NCBI RefSeq assembly: GCF_000281045.1
Contig: NW_008246069.1
Span: 337,955-401,954 of the forward strand
From: Saprolegnia diclina VS20
Lineage: Eukaryota
Direction: 5' to 3'
DNA length: 64,000 nt
Position 1 is the stretch's first letter, and each line of letters starts with the position of its first letter. Under the pieces are notes generated by a model, which ran no database searches, was not told the origin of the DNA, and was given only the letters and a program-made list of their open reading frames with translations. Below, piece after piece: positions 32,589-44,448 of this stretch. Position numbers and translations under genes: made by a program.

Positions 32589-35372
32589 ATGAACTTCCTA
32601 ACCGCGATCAAGAAGCCCGAGCACCTCGACAGCTGGCTCTTTGGCGACGATGTCGCGGACCCGCGCCCGCCATTGGCGCCGACGGCGAACCGGTCGACGC
32701 CTGCATCGCCGGCGGCAGCCGACCATAGGCCATCGTCCGCCAGCACCAAGCTCGCGCAGGCCGCGACGATGATCCAGGACAAGTACAAGAAGATGGCCAA
32801 GAACAACATGAACTACAAGACGATCTCCAGCAGCTATCCGATGCCACTGAGCAAGAAGTTTCGCAAGTACCTTCGTGACAAGCAGCGCGCCGAGACGGCC
32901 ATAGACGAAAAGCAGCGCCGGCTCTTGCAGCTCTCGGAAGTCAGCCGCCTCCGCGCGCACACGCCGTTCTCGCTGCACGAGATTGTGAAAGACCCAAAGA
33001 AGCTGCCGTACCTTCTCGATTTCTTGGCCAAGACGACCGACGACGGCAACTACCACAACGTCCTTCTCTTCCTCCTCGAGCTCGAGCAAGAGCGCGACGC
33101 GGCGCGGGGCACGCCGTCGCTTCTCAAGCTCTTCAACAAGTACTTTACGACCAAGTCCGAGTGCAGCATCTCAGCGACGCTCGAGCTCACGCCAGAGCTC
33201 GAAGAGATGGTGCTCGCGAGCATCCAGAACGACGACATTGGCTGGGTCGGGTTTCGCCCGATCCAGCGCCTCGCGTTCAAGCGGCTCACGCGCGAAGAGC
33301 TGCCGCGGTTCCTCAAGAGCACCGAGTACCTCGAGATGCTGCAGGTCTCGGAGCACACGGCCGCCTTTGTGCCCCTCGATCGGTTCCTTACGAACCCGCG
33401 CGCGGCGCACTACTTCCTCCTCTTCCTCATGCAGCAACGCCAGCATTTCGAGCTCTACTTTTGGCTCCACGTCGAGTACGTTCTGAAAAAATGCACGTCG
33501 GACATGACGCTCTTTTGGACGCTCACGCACGACTTGCTCAAGAAGGCCCGCGTCGACTCGAGCGCGATCCAAGCGCCCACAAAAGCCAATCTGGCGGATG
33601 CGCTGCAGATCCAGTCCAAAGACGCGGCGCTCGCTGCCTTTGGCGTGGCGCAGGCGGAGATCTGCCTCGTCCTCTCGGCCTCGTGGTACGAACGCTTCGT
33701 CAAGAGCCCACTGTACACCCTCGCGCTGAGCGACAAGGCGGCCAAGACCCTTCTCGACAGCGACAGCGACAGCGACGACGACGACGACGAGCACCACCAA
33801 GACACCGACAAGCGCCGGTCCACAGCGATGCTGCGCGACTCGTTTTCCGAGTACGACTCGATCTCGGACATTCCCAACAGCGAGCGACCGCCGTTGGTCC
33901 ATCACGTGGAGAGCGAAGACTCCGACTCGGACGACGAAGCGCCGACGAGCATGCGGCTCAACCTCGAGAGCATCATTCGCAGTACGTCGCTGCCGGACGG
34001 GCTCCAAGTCCACTACCGGCCCAACTACCCGCTCACGCCCTTGGTGCTGCGCGAAGACTTGGTCTCGACGCCCGTCATTGACGCGATCGTGCTTTTCAAG
34101 ACGATCACAACCGAAAATTCGGGCACACGCCTCGAGCTCTCTTACGTACGCAAGGACAAGTCGCCGGCGCTGCCGCCGTCGCCCGAGTCGCAGCGCAAGG
34201 TCTCGGACCTCGCCAAGCGCATCCAGCCGTACTTTGTGCCCCACGGCAAGCTCATCGTGACCGGCGTCCCCGAGCTTGACGTGCTGTTTCCATTTGTTGT
34301 GCTCCAGAACGGCGACCTCGGCACGCTCTACTGCATGTGCTACACGACGTACGTGGCGCGTGGCGACGCCGAGTTTGTCGCGCAAGGCGTCTGCGTCGCG
34401 TCGCCCTTCCCGCTCATCGACGGTCTCCGGTCGATTGTTGCACGGCATCTGTTGGACACGCCGACGCCGCTGTTGCCCGACCATGTCCGGCGGCTCTACA
34501 CGGTGCCGGCGCCGTCGCCGACGTCCGCGCCACTGCCGACGCCGTCGCCCAATGCGCTCTTGCACCGGCGCCACTCGGGCACGCTCCTCGACCTCCCAGC
34601 GCCGCCCCGAATCGACTTTGGCCTCGCACCTCTCTTTGCGACGCTCAGCAACGCGCTCGTGCTCGAGGTCGTCGCCAACGCGCTGCTCGAGCACAGCATC
34701 ATTTTGCTCTCGTCGTCGCTCTCGGCGCTGACCCTCTCGGCCGAAGCCATTCGGTGCCTCTTGGCGCCGTTTGCGTGGTGCCACATCTACATCCCAGTGC
34801 TCCCCAAGAGTCTCCTCTCATACCTCCACTGCCCGACGCCGATCCTTGTCGGCATCCACCAGAGCTGCGCGACGCGCGACGACCTCCCGCTGCCGTCGCC
34901 GTCGTCGTGTGCGATCGTGGTGGACCTCGATCGAGGGACTCTTGAGTACCTCGGTCCTCGCAAGCTCCAGTGGCCAAACATGGGGCTTCTCGACGACGCA
35001 TCGAGCCCGATTCGGCTTGTCGATGCGTTCACGACGGCAAAAGCGCAGCTCGATACGCTGCTCGTGTGTCCGTCGGCGCTGCAACTGGACGCGGTCGGAC
35101 TCCGGCCGTCGTCGGCGCTCCCCACGGCGTTTCCCGACGCCGACGTCCGCGGTGTCTTTTACAAGCTCGTGGCCAATCTCCTTTTTGACCACACGGCCGC
35201 AAGCCTTGTTGTCGGCGACGCCACCGAGTCGGTCATTATCTTTGACGAGCACAAGTTTACTGCGCTCCGACCGGCCTACGAGACGCCGTTCATCGAGTGT
35301 CTGATCCGCACGCAGTGCTTCTCCGAGATCATTAGCACGCACCGCCTCGACGCCCGTCTCGAGGGCCACTAA
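32589..35372 (+). CDS. Tandem RGS domains fused to a DENN (Rab GEF) module; intronless
   Basis: RGS1: SLHEIVKDP..LLFLLELE..LPRFLKSTEY. RGS2: LDRFLTNP..LYFWLHVE..YERFVKSPLY. cDENN: LLEHSIILLS..LLAPFAWCHIYIPVLP..PTPILVGI. dDENN: FDEHKF..TQCFSEII. Confidence 0.85.
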   Translation: MNFLTAIKKPEHLDSWLFGDDVADPRPPLAPTANRSTPASPAAADHRPSSASTKLAQAATMIQDKYKKMAKNNMNYKTISSSYPMPLSKKFRKYLRDKQRAETAIDEKQRRLLQLSEVSRLRAHTPFSLHEIVKDPKKLPYLLDFLAKTTDDGNYHNVLLFLLELEQERDAARGTPSLLKLFNKYFTTKSECSISATLELTPELEEMVLASIQNDDIGWVGFRPIQRLAFKRLTREELPRFLKSTEYLEMLQVSEHTAAFVPLDRFLTNPRAAHYFLLFLMQQRQHFELYFWLHVEYVLKKCTSDMTLFWTLTHDLLKKARVDSSAIQAPTKANLADALQIQSKDAALAAFGVAQAEICLVLSASWYERFVKSPLYTLALSDKAAKTLLDSDSDSDDDDDEHHQDTDKRRSTAMLRDSFSEYDSISDIPNSERPPLVHHVESEDSDSDDEAPTSMRLNLESIIRSTSLPDGLQVHYRPNYPLTPLVLREDLVSTPVIDAIVLFKTITTENSGTRLELSYVRKDKSPALPPSPESQRKVSDLAKRIQPYFVPHGKLIVTGVPELDVLFPFVVLQNGDLGTLYCMCYTTYVARGDAEFVAQGVCVASPFPLIDGLRSIVARHLLDTPTPLLPDHVRRLYTVPAPSPTSAPLPTPSPNALLHRRHSGTLLDLPAPPRIDFGLAPLFATLSNALVLEVVANALLEHSIILLSSSLSALTLSAEAIRCLLAPFAWCHIYIPVLPKSLLSYLHCPTPILVGIHQSCATRDDLPLPSPSSCAIVVDLDRGTLEYLGPRKLQWPNMGLLDDASSPIRLVDAFTTAKAQLDTLLVCPSALQLDAVGLRPSSALPTAFPDADVRGVFYKLVANLLFDHTAASLVVGDATESVIIFDEHKFTALRPAYETPFIECLIRTQCFSEIISTHRLDARLEGH

Positions 35373-35515
35373 GATGTACAACTATGGTCTAAGAATGCTC
35401 AGAACTGGTGACGCATCGCTGTCCAGTGCTTTGATAGATGGGTCTACTCGCATCGCAGAGGCAACAACAAAAGTTCGATTGCTGGGTTACGCGCCGTCCA
35501 TTCCGCGGACGAGCT

Positions 35516-35692
35516 TCACGTCGCGTTTTTGCCCGACGTCGTCTTCGTCGTCGACGGGGTGCTCGACGGGGTGCTCGACGGGGTGCTCGACGCCGTGGCC
35601 TTGGGGGGCGCGTTCGAGCGGTTCCCTCCCGAGGGGTTGCCGGTCGTGCTGGGCCAGCTGCCCGCGTTGCCTTGTCCTTGCTTGCTCGACAT
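35516..35692 (-). CDS. 58-aa small ORF MSSKQGQGNAGSWPSTTGNPSGGNRSNAPPKATASSTPSSTPSSTPSTTKTTSGKNAT
   Basis: ATG at 35692, TGA at 35516-35518. GC3-rich host codon usage. In-frame 12-bp repeat (SSTP x3). It fills an otherwise empty intergenic gap and is below the ORF-track length cutoff. Confidence 0.65.
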   Translation of the reverse strand: MSSKQGQGNAGSWPSTTGNPSGGNRSNAPPKATASSTPSSTPSSTPSTTKTTSGKNAT

Positions 35693-36009
35693 GCTGCTGC
35701 TTCTTGGTAGTTGGTCTCAAATGGGCAACTGCAGGTCAAGGGGGACGGCAGCGAACGATTCGACGCGGTGGACCATGCGGCGCCGCTGGGACGTGGCGTG
35801 CTATGCAGACCAACGGGCTGGTGGTGCGACACCGTGTTGGCTAGCTAGCAGGCAGGGACTTTCGCTTCTACTTACGTAGGCGGCTGGCGGTTCTCGGACC
35901 TGGTGGACAATGCTTCAACGGTGTTATCTGCGGGGACGACTAGCCGACTAACCGGTTAACGAACGTAGCCACTCTATTTTTACGCGGGTCGGAGACGACC
36001 GCGGGCAGC

Positions 36010-37261
36010 ATGCCGTCGTCGGTGCTGAGCGCGTCGACCAAGAAGAGCCACCACCCGGGCATCGCTGGCTGTACGTCCCTCCAAATCACTTTGGATTGAA
36101 ACCTCTCTCTTACGACAGCCGGGGTCCTCGAGATCAAGCTCAAGCAAAAGCTCGCCCTCGACCCGCAAGCCGTCGTCTACCGCGGCATGACCGACGAGGT
36201 TGTGCCCAAGTCGTCGATCAAGCGCCAGCACAAACACCGACGCAACCCAAAGGTCAACGTGACGCTCGAGAACCTCGCGCCCGATCACTCGTTCAAGAAG
36301 GAGCGGGGCGAGATCATGGAGAAGCTCTCGTTTCCATCGCCGACGCGCCAGCTCCTCGAGAAGCAAGTCGGTTTGAAAAAGACCAAGCAAAAGCAAGCGA
36401 CCGACGCCCTGCCACCCGTAAACATCGATCCCCCATTGCATCTCAACCTCAACCTCAACCTCAATGTCGTAGGTGGCCGGCGCGTTCAAAAAGCGGCAAA
36501 TTCCGCCATCCAACTTTCCAAGCTCGTACAACCGCGGTTCGATGCAAAGTTCGGATGACGTGTCGTCTTACGAGGTGTAGGACACGTCCCGGTGTGTGTC
36601 GAGCCGCGCACTGGCGGCAACCACCTCAAGTGGACCAAGCGCATTGAAGAGATCGACTACGCAGTCGTCCTGCCGCTCTTCTTTGAAGGTATGGGCTCAG
36701 ATTGACGGAGTAGTGCTCACGAACGGACTAGGCACGCGGGAAAAGGAAGAGCCGTACCACTTCCTCGCCTCGACAGGAACGATTGAGCTCCTCCAGCACG
36801 GCCGTATGTTCCCGGAGAAGGTCCACGCTTGCCTCCACAAGCTCATTGCGCCGATCCGCATCGCACTGAACACGCGGGACATGCCGCTGATTTGCGAGAC
36901 GCTCAAGAACATTCAATTGCTCCTGGATGTCGAAGGCATTGGGCCGGCCCTCGTGCCCTACTACCGGTGATACATTCTATCTGCTCAGTGGAGCGTCTAA
37001 CTTCCGCCCAGACAACTGCTGCCAGGACTCAACACGTTCAAGAACAAACGACATAACCTCGGCGACGCGATCGACTTTAGCCAGCGACGAGACACGGGTA
37101 CACTTTTTTTGGTGGTGGTCCCGGCCTTCTCAGCGTGCCACGTCATAGATGTCGGCGCGCTCATCCAAGCGACCCTCGAAAAGATGGAGCGCATCGGCGG
37201 CCCCGATGCGTATGTGAATATCAAGTACATGGTGCCGACGTACGAAGGCATCAACAACTAA
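36010..37261 (+). CDS. PACRG: PACRG-like (parkin co-regulated) axonemal protein; multi-exon
   Basis: Motifs [62 protein letters not shown]. Confidence 0.85.
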
Positions 37262-37317
37262 CCGCACAACACGACGACAATTTGTCTATTTTCGGTTTGT
37301 ATCAAAGTATCAACCCA

Positions 37318-38374
37318 TCAGATCAAGTCGCGCGTCATCGTGATGTACACAAAGCCGTCGGGGTAGACAAACGACGCGTAAATCTCGGCGAGCGCGACGT
37401 CGGTCGCGACCGGAATGCCGTGCAAGAGTACCTTGTGCGTCGCCAGCGCCAAGTCGGGCACGAGATAGGCGAGGACATCGGCGACCGTGACCAAATCTAC
37501 ACACCCAATATTGACGCCACTGCTTGGGCATCCTCCATGTTTGGGAACCTTCGCGATGGGAAGGAATCGGAAGCTGCACCATGGGCTCTGTCGGAAGCAC
37601 GAGACGCAGTGGCACGTGGCGCTTCGGTTCGTTGCGGGGCACGAGTTCGTTGTGCACATCGTGGTACAGGTTGTAGTTGTCTACAGACTCTCCAAATGAC
37701 CAGTATGTAGCGGATGATCCGATACTCTTCATGACGGCCTCCCAGAGCTGCGCGTGCTTTTGTTGCGGCAAGTTCATGATCCACTTGGTCGAGCCGTACA
37801 AGAGGTACATGGCCTAGCAGAGTCGCTAGTGCTCGATGGCATGCGCTGTTTACCTGCTTGTAGCTGTTCATAAAATGGGCTTCGACGGCGCCCATGTCCT
37901 CGCACGGCAAGAGCTAGGCACGCGTGGTGACGAGGTCCGCCATGCATACAGGCGCACCTCTGTCGGGTACCGCTGAAAATGCACGGTGATGTCCCACGGC
38001 AGCGTCGCGTCTGCGTACAGGTCGTAGAGGACGCCAAACGGGAGCTGCCTACATGCAATACACAGAAAATGGTCGATGGCTGCGCTCGTAGCTCGGGCGC
38101 GTACCACTTGAGCGGTCGATCACGACTGGAGAACCATACGGTGCGCGCCGAGAGCATGGGCGGCGCGACGTCCTTGAAGTGCTCAATGACGAGCTCCGTC
38201 GCGGTGAAGAGCAAGCTCACGCGGGGCAGCATGGCCTAGCCGCGTTGAGGCCCCTGCGATAGGGCATGGACGTACGTAGTAGGGGCGCGGGACCTGGAGC
38301 GTCGTGATCTCGGACGCGTCGATCGAGAAGCAGACCGGGATGCAGCCATGCCACAGCTTGCGCCCGACGTCCAT
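37318..38374 (-). CDS. ATG5: Autophagy protein 5; multi-exon
   Basis: Motifs LWHGCIPV, MLPRVS, PLKWQLPFGVLYDL, LPWDITVHF, FMNSYKQA, LLHGIPV, YPDGFVYI. Confidence 0.92.
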
Positions 38375-38511
38375 CTCGTCGCGCTTTTGTCGGCCGATCT
38401 GAATATTGCATCCGCATAATGTTTATCTTCCGGATACCAACGCCGCTGGCAGTTGAAGTGTCGACCGTGTTTAAACGCGTTTAGCGCAAGATCGCGCGCA
38501 CGCGAAAGGTC

Positions 38512-40098
38512 ATGGCCGACGACAACACGGACGATGACCTCCACAGCATCGCAGTGCTCTTCACGTATACGTTTGGCATCGCGTCGATGAGCATGGGCCA
38601 CGTCTTCGCGTCGACAGGACCGCTCATGGGGTCCATCCTGCTCTACCTCTTGTCGGCCAGCAACCTCCATGCCAGGTACGCCACGGCTCTACCATGCGCT
38701 TCCTATTACGTATGCTAGCGCCTTGCTCGCCAAGTGCATGGCCTTGGCGCCACCGTCCGTGCGCACCTATGGCGACTTGGGGCTGCACGCCTGCGGCCCG
38801 GTCGGACAGTACGACAGCTCTACTTGTGCACGTTGTCTCATGTTATGCTAGGTACGTCATCCTCATCTCCGAGTCGCTCTCGTGTCTTTTGACACCGATT
38901 GCGTTCCTTGTGCTGGGCGGCACAGAGCTGCTTCCATCGATCGCCCAGTACATCCATGCGCCGTGGCTTACGTTTTCGTCGACGGCGTGGATCCTACTGT
39001 TTGCGACGGCGATGCTCCCGATCGTCTTCATCCCGAGCCTCAAAGAAACCTTCGCGCTGTGCGTGCTTGGCGGCCTCGCGACCTTCTTTGCCGACAGCGC
39101 CGCGCTCTACGTCAACCTCACGCTGCATCCAATGGCGCCGCGCGAGACGGCCGTGACGTTCTCTGGCGTCCTCTCGGCGTACGGCACCATCATGTTTGCG
39201 TTTGGGACAGCATTGCTCGTGCCACCCTTGCACCGCCAGCGCCGAGACAAGGACGTCGGACGCTTTGTACTTGTGCTCAGTGCGACGCTAATTGCTATCA
39301 CGTGTCTCTACATTGGCATCGGGTCGGTCACGTACTTTCAACTCGGCTGCACCGCGCCCGCGACGCTTCTCGAAAGCATGCCCCGGGGTCTCACCAAGAC
39401 GCTCGCGACCAGCGCGATGCTACTGCACATCATGGTCGCATACCCCGTCATTCTAACGCCCACACTGTTTGTGCTCGAGCGCAAGGTCTTTGGGAAGGAC
39501 GCCGACGCACCGGGGGTTCTAGTCGGCGAAGATACCACCGCGCTCCTCGGGCACAGCGCACCGTCGTCGCCGGTACGAGACGACGAGAATGACATAACGT
39601 CGACACATGTCTACAAGCCGGTCAACGAGGTAGACTCCCTTGGCCAATGCAGAGTTTATGGATACGATGTAGAAGGAGGCTATGGTGAGTCATGATGACG
39701 TGGGGTTTACAAAGCGCGAACTCGCCTGTCGCGTCGTCCTGCGGACGCTGATTGTGGCTGTCCAGTGCTTTGTCGCGATCATGCTCCAGAGCTCGTTTGC
39801 CGACATCCTCTCGCTCATTGGCGCGACGACCGTGACGCTGCCGTGTATGATCATGCCGTGCGTGTGCTACCTCCGCATGGTGCCTCACGACGGCAGCTAC
39901 CTGAGCGGGTGCACGCGCGCATTTGCGTACTTTGTGATATTCTCGAGCGCACTCCTCAGCGTCTACGCAACGGTCCATGCGATCGGCAACATTCAAACCA
40001 ATATGGCGACCTTCCACCTCTTTGCGCCCGTCCACCACCGCGAGTTTGTCAACGGCGCCGAAAAATTTCCCTTTTGCCAAGTCGGGGAGCGCAACTAA
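38512..40098 (+). CDS. Amino acid/auxin permease (AAAP) family transporter; about 4 exons
   Basis: About 11 hydrophobic segments. Motifs VRTYGDLG, FIPSLKE, FADILSLIGATT. Confidence 0.88.
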
Positions 40099-40730
40099 GC
40101 TATGAATGCAACTACTATAACGTGTTCGCGTTGCAAACAACGTCGCAAGAACGAACGCGTTGACGTGGCAGACGCCTGACCGCGTGCAAGTCGGCGCTAG
40201 CACTTGCTCGTTCCGAGTGAGCTGCGCACGGAGAGACCCACTCGAAACGATATGTCGTCGGATCGTCTCGGCGGTGCCGTCAAAGGAGGCCTCCTGACCC
40301 ATCGCATCTGGCTTGGGCTCATGACGCTTCGTTGATGCGAATATGGAGGCGACGAGTAGTAGCAAGCAGAGGGCGAGCGTCGTGGTCTGTGCTTGTCCTA
40401 AAAGGCACCGAGCGTGCGCAGTCTATTTCGACGCAACGTTTGCCGCGCCAGAGCGGCAAAACGCTAGTGTATCTCGCATGCACCAGGGCGCTATAGAAGG
40501 TACTGTGAGTAAAGAGATAGTCGACAGCGCTCGACGAGGTAGTGTACTCTGCAGGCGCTCGTGCTCCTGGGATGTTGGTGGGTCGGTGGTAAAATGGCGT
40601 GTTTTTATCCCCGACCGACGACGCCATTTTGATCCAACGTCGGTTGGTGTGGCATACAAACACCAAGTGTATTTAAAGGCTAGAAAAATACACTGAACAG
40701 CCCATTGCGAAAAGAACGAAGTCAGCAAGG

Positions 40731-41531
40731 ATGGCAGGTAGTAGACGCAACGAACGAGGCCCATCGCCCGGTGCTCATGGCGCTGCGTAGGACCTGGACG
40801 TATCCGCAAGGAGCTGGAAGAGTGCCAGAAGGACGTCGACACCTCGGGCGTCTCGGCGCATGCGCGCCAGCCCGGCGTCTTTGACGCGCTCGTGGGCACG
40901 ATTCGCGGCCCCGAGGGCACGCCGTACGCCAACGGCACGTTCGTCCTCGAGATCAGCATCCCGAAGACGTACCCGTTCGAGCCGCCGAAGGTCCGCTTCG
41001 AGACCAAGGTCTGGCATCCCAACGTGTCGTCGCAGACGGGCGCCATCTGCTTGGTACGCCTGCAAGCCCATGGCGATCGCCTGCTTATAGATACGCTTTT
41101 GGTAGGACGTGCTCAAGGACGCGTGGTCGCCCGCGCTGACGATCAAGACGACGCTCTTGTCGATCCAAGCGCTCTTGTCGGCGGCCGAGCCCACGGACCC
41201 GCAGGTTGGTTGCCATCCTTTCTTAGCATGATGCTTATTCCACGTGGTGCTGTCAGGACGCTGAAGTGGCCAAGATGTACATCAACGACAAGGCGCGGTT
41301 CGACTCGACCGCAGCCTTCTGGACAGAGTCCTATGCCATGGGCAAGGACTCGGAGTCGGAAGCCGTCACGCGCCTCTGCGATATGGGGTTCCCCAAGGTG
41401 ACCCTCCTTCATTTCTCTCACCAACGCAATCACGCTCATTCAATGGTATCTAGGACCTCGTCAAGCGCGCGCTCGCTGAGACCAAAGGCGACGAGAACGC
41501 GGCCGTCGAGAAGCTCCTCACGTCCATGTAA
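40731..41531 (+). CDS. UBE2K: Ubiquitin-conjugating enzyme E2 with C-terminal UBA (UBE2K/Ubc1-like); 5 exons
   Basis: [50 protein letters not shown] and a UBA-like [17 protein letters not shown]. Confidence 0.92.
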
Positions 41532-42646
41532 ACCTCTACAAGTCTAGGAACGCAGTACCGTATCGAGTCATCGTCGGTCTTTTCAAATGAACTAATTATT
41601 CCACCACGCCTACTTTTGTTGCGTTTTCCCTGCGAGGAAGACGTCGTCGGCTTCCCTCGCCTTCTTTGCCGGACGCGTCCGACTGGAGTCGTTGGTTCCC
41701 ACGGTCCTGCTCCTCGTATCCCTTCAAGCTAGCTAGTCTGTACTCTCCTCAACGATATCACTCGGCTCCTCAGAGCACGTCTCCTGGTGGGCTCCTTCAT
41801 CGACCGTACTGCCTCGTGCAGCAGCCACGTCACTTGAAGCTGTGTCAGCGACGTCCACCTGTGCAACCCTCGTCGATATACCGGTATGCCAGCTTGGCAA
41901 TGTGAGCCAGACGTGCACTTATCGCTGCTCCAAGTGCTATCAATGTCCTGCACCGTCCTTGCCAACATGCAGCCACGGCCGAGCTTGGCGGCGCGCAGGG
42001 ATCGCCCAGTTGAAGCTGTGGCCACATATCATTCACTGCTTGCTTGAGCGCATGACCACGCCGTCGGCGACATCCAAGAGGCGGTGATCCTTGTCAAGCG
42101 TCCGAACGATCGGTGCTGGCTTTAGTCGCGAGGCCCTGCGGATGTTGAAGCGGTCGTCGTTCCTAGGAAATTGCATCTGCCGCAAGATGAAGCCGACGGC
42201 AAATCTTCTCCAAGAATCTTCACGAACACCAAGTTCAACCGTGGATTTTCTAGACTGTCTCGCATTTGGACCAATGGCATCGCGTCAACGTGGTGGCGCA
42301 TCTGCAATATCAGCCAATGGCATGCCAGGGATTCATGTGCGGCCCGCGACAAGGGAACGAGTGGCCCGGCGGTCCCTCGCCGACGACCAGCTTGGCGTCT
42401 CTTGCATGGGACGCCGCTTCGTCGAGCCCTTCCTGCACCTTGTATGCATCTCTGGTGAAGGCCTCTTTGAGGCCACGGCCGGCGAACAGCGTCATCTCGA
42501 TCTCGGAGTTGCCCCGAACCAAGTGACTTTTCTAGAAGTCCAGCTGCCATTTGTCTTGGGTTTTGTATGCTGCGTCAACAGGGTTTGAAGCCGCAAGTTG
42601 CAGCGCAGTTTGCAATTTTCCTCCACCGGATCACTCAACCACAAAG

Positions 42647-44350
42647 ATGCTCTCCAAGCAAATGTCCCGCGCTGCCTCCAAGCGCTTCTTCTCGTCGGGC
42701 AAGGACATCCGCTTCGGCGTCGAGGGTCGCGCCTTGATGCTCAAGGGTGCTGACCAGCTCGCGGACGCCGTCCAGGTCACGCTCGGCCCCAAGGGCCGCA
42801 ACGTGGTCATTGACCAGGCCTACGGCGCCCCGAAGATCACCAAGGATGGTGTGACGGTCGCCAAGAACATTGAGTTCAAGGACAAGTTTGAGAACATGGG
42901 TGCCCAGCTCCTCCGCCAGGTCGCCAACAACACGAACGACGCTGCCGGTGACGGTACCACGTCAGCCACGGTCCTCACGCGCGCTATCTACAGCGAGGGC
43001 TGCAAGTCGGTCGCCGCCGGCATGAACCCCCAGGACCTCCGCCGCGGTATCCAGATGGCCGTCGACTTTGTCGTTGCCGAGCTCGCTACGCTCTCGCAGG
43101 ACATTGACGACAAGGAGAAGGTCGCCCAGGTTGCCACGATCTCGGCCAACAGCGAGAAGGAGATTGGTGACTTGATCTCGGACGCCATGGAGCGTGTCGG
43201 CCGCGAAGGTGTCATCACCGTCCAGGACGGCAAGACGCTCTACAACGAGCTCGAGGTTGTCGAGGGCATGAAGTTTGACCGCGGTTACATCTCGCCCTAC
43301 TTCGTCACCAACACCAAGACGCAGGCGTGCGAGCTTGAGAACCCGTACATCCTCCTCGTCGAGAAGAAGGTGTCGTCGGCCGCTGCCATCGCGCCGTTGC
43401 TCGAATTCGTCTACAAGCAGTCGCGCCCGCTTCTCATCATCGCCGAAGATGTCGAGTCGGAGGCCCTCGCCGCCTTGATCCTCAACCGCATCCGTGCCGG
43501 TATCAAGGTCTGCGCCGTCAAGGCCCCGGGCTTCGGCGACAACCGCAAGGCTGGCCTTCAGGATATGGCTGTCCTCACGGGCGCCAAGGTTGTCTCGGAG
43601 GACGTTGGCATCCGCCTCGACAACGCGACGCCGGACCTCCTCGGTTGCGCCAAGAAGATCACGATCACCAAGGACGATACGCTGATCTTGCACGGCGAAG
43701 GCTCGAAGGAAGCCATTGAGGAGCGCTGCCTCCTCCTCAAGGACTCGATCGCCTCGACGACGTCCGACTACGAGAAGGAGAAGCTCCAGGAGCGCCTTGC
43801 CAAGCTCGGTGGCGGAATTGCCGTCATCAAGGTCGGCGGTGCCAGCGAAGTCGAAGTCGGCGAGAAGAAGGACCGCGTCGTCGATGCCCTCAACGCCACG
43901 CGCGCCGCCGTCGAAGAAGGCATCGTCCCGGGTGGCGGTACCGCGCTCCTCTGGTCGTCGCGCAAGCTGCCGTCGCTCTACGAGAAGTGCGCCAACATGG
44001 ACCAGAAGGTCGGCGTCCAGATCATCGAGCGCGCTTGCCGCGCTACGGTCACCCAGATCGCCAAGAACGCCGGCGAGGAAGGCGCCGTGATTGTCGGCAA
44101 GCTCCTCGAGCAGTCGTCGCCCACGTTTGGCTTCAACGCGCAGACGAGCGAGTACGTCGACATGGTCGAAGCCGGTATCATTGACCCGACCAAGGTCGTT
44201 CGCACGGGCCTCGTCGACGCCTCGTCGGTCGCCTCGCTCATGATGACGGCCGAGGCCCTCATCGCCGACTTGCCGGCCGAGGGCGGCGCCCCGGCCATGG
44301 GCGGTATGGGCGGTATGGGCGGCATGGGCGGCATGGGTGGCATGATGTAA
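42647..44350 (+). CDS. HSP60: Mitochondrial chaperonin Hsp60 (Cpn60); intronless
   Basis: Presequence [50 protein letters not shown]-terminal GGM repeats. Confidence 0.98.
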   Translation: MLSKQMSRAASKRFFSSGKDIRFGVEGRALMLKGADQLADAVQVTLGPKGRNVVIDQAYGAPKITKDGVTVAKNIEFKDKFENMGAQLLRQVANNTNDAAGDGTTSATVLTRAIYSEGCKSVAAGMNPQDLRRGIQMAVDFVVAELATLSQDIDDKEKVAQVATISANSEKEIGDLISDAMERVGREGVITVQDGKTLYNELEVVEGMKFDRGYISPYFVTNTKTQACELENPYILLVEKKVSSAAAIAPLLEFVYKQSRPLLIIAEDVESEALAALILNRIRAGIKVCAVKAPGFGDNRKAGLQDMAVLTGAKVVSEDVGIRLDNATPDLLGCAKKITITKDDTLILHGEGSKEAIEERCLLLKDSIASTTSDYEKEKLQERLAKLGGGIAVIKVGGASEVEVGEKKDRVVDALNATRAAVEEGIVPGGGTALLWSSRKLPSLYEKCANMDQKVGVQIIERACRATVTQIAKNAGEEGAVIVGKLLEQSSPTFGFNAQTSEYVDMVEAGIIDPTKVVRTGLVDASSVASLMMTAEALIADLPAEGGAPAMGGMGGMGGMGGMGGMM

Positions 44351-44448
44351 GCTGCTTGCCTGCACCGTCGTCGTCCGAGTTGTGATTGCCATATTAATAT
44401 AGAAATTTAGCCTTGTCCACCACTTCTGCTGAGCTTGTTCAACTACTA

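Noticed and set aside
35389..35832. Protamine-like Arg-rich ORF (RRAPRRAP..)
   Set aside because: Alternative frame of the 58-aa ORF, which has a better ATG context and codon usage.
41800..42530. Decayed coding-like sequence (faint ankyrin-like words) upstream of HSP60; similar at 46560-46960
   Set aside because: Multiple stops and no family recognisable with confidence.
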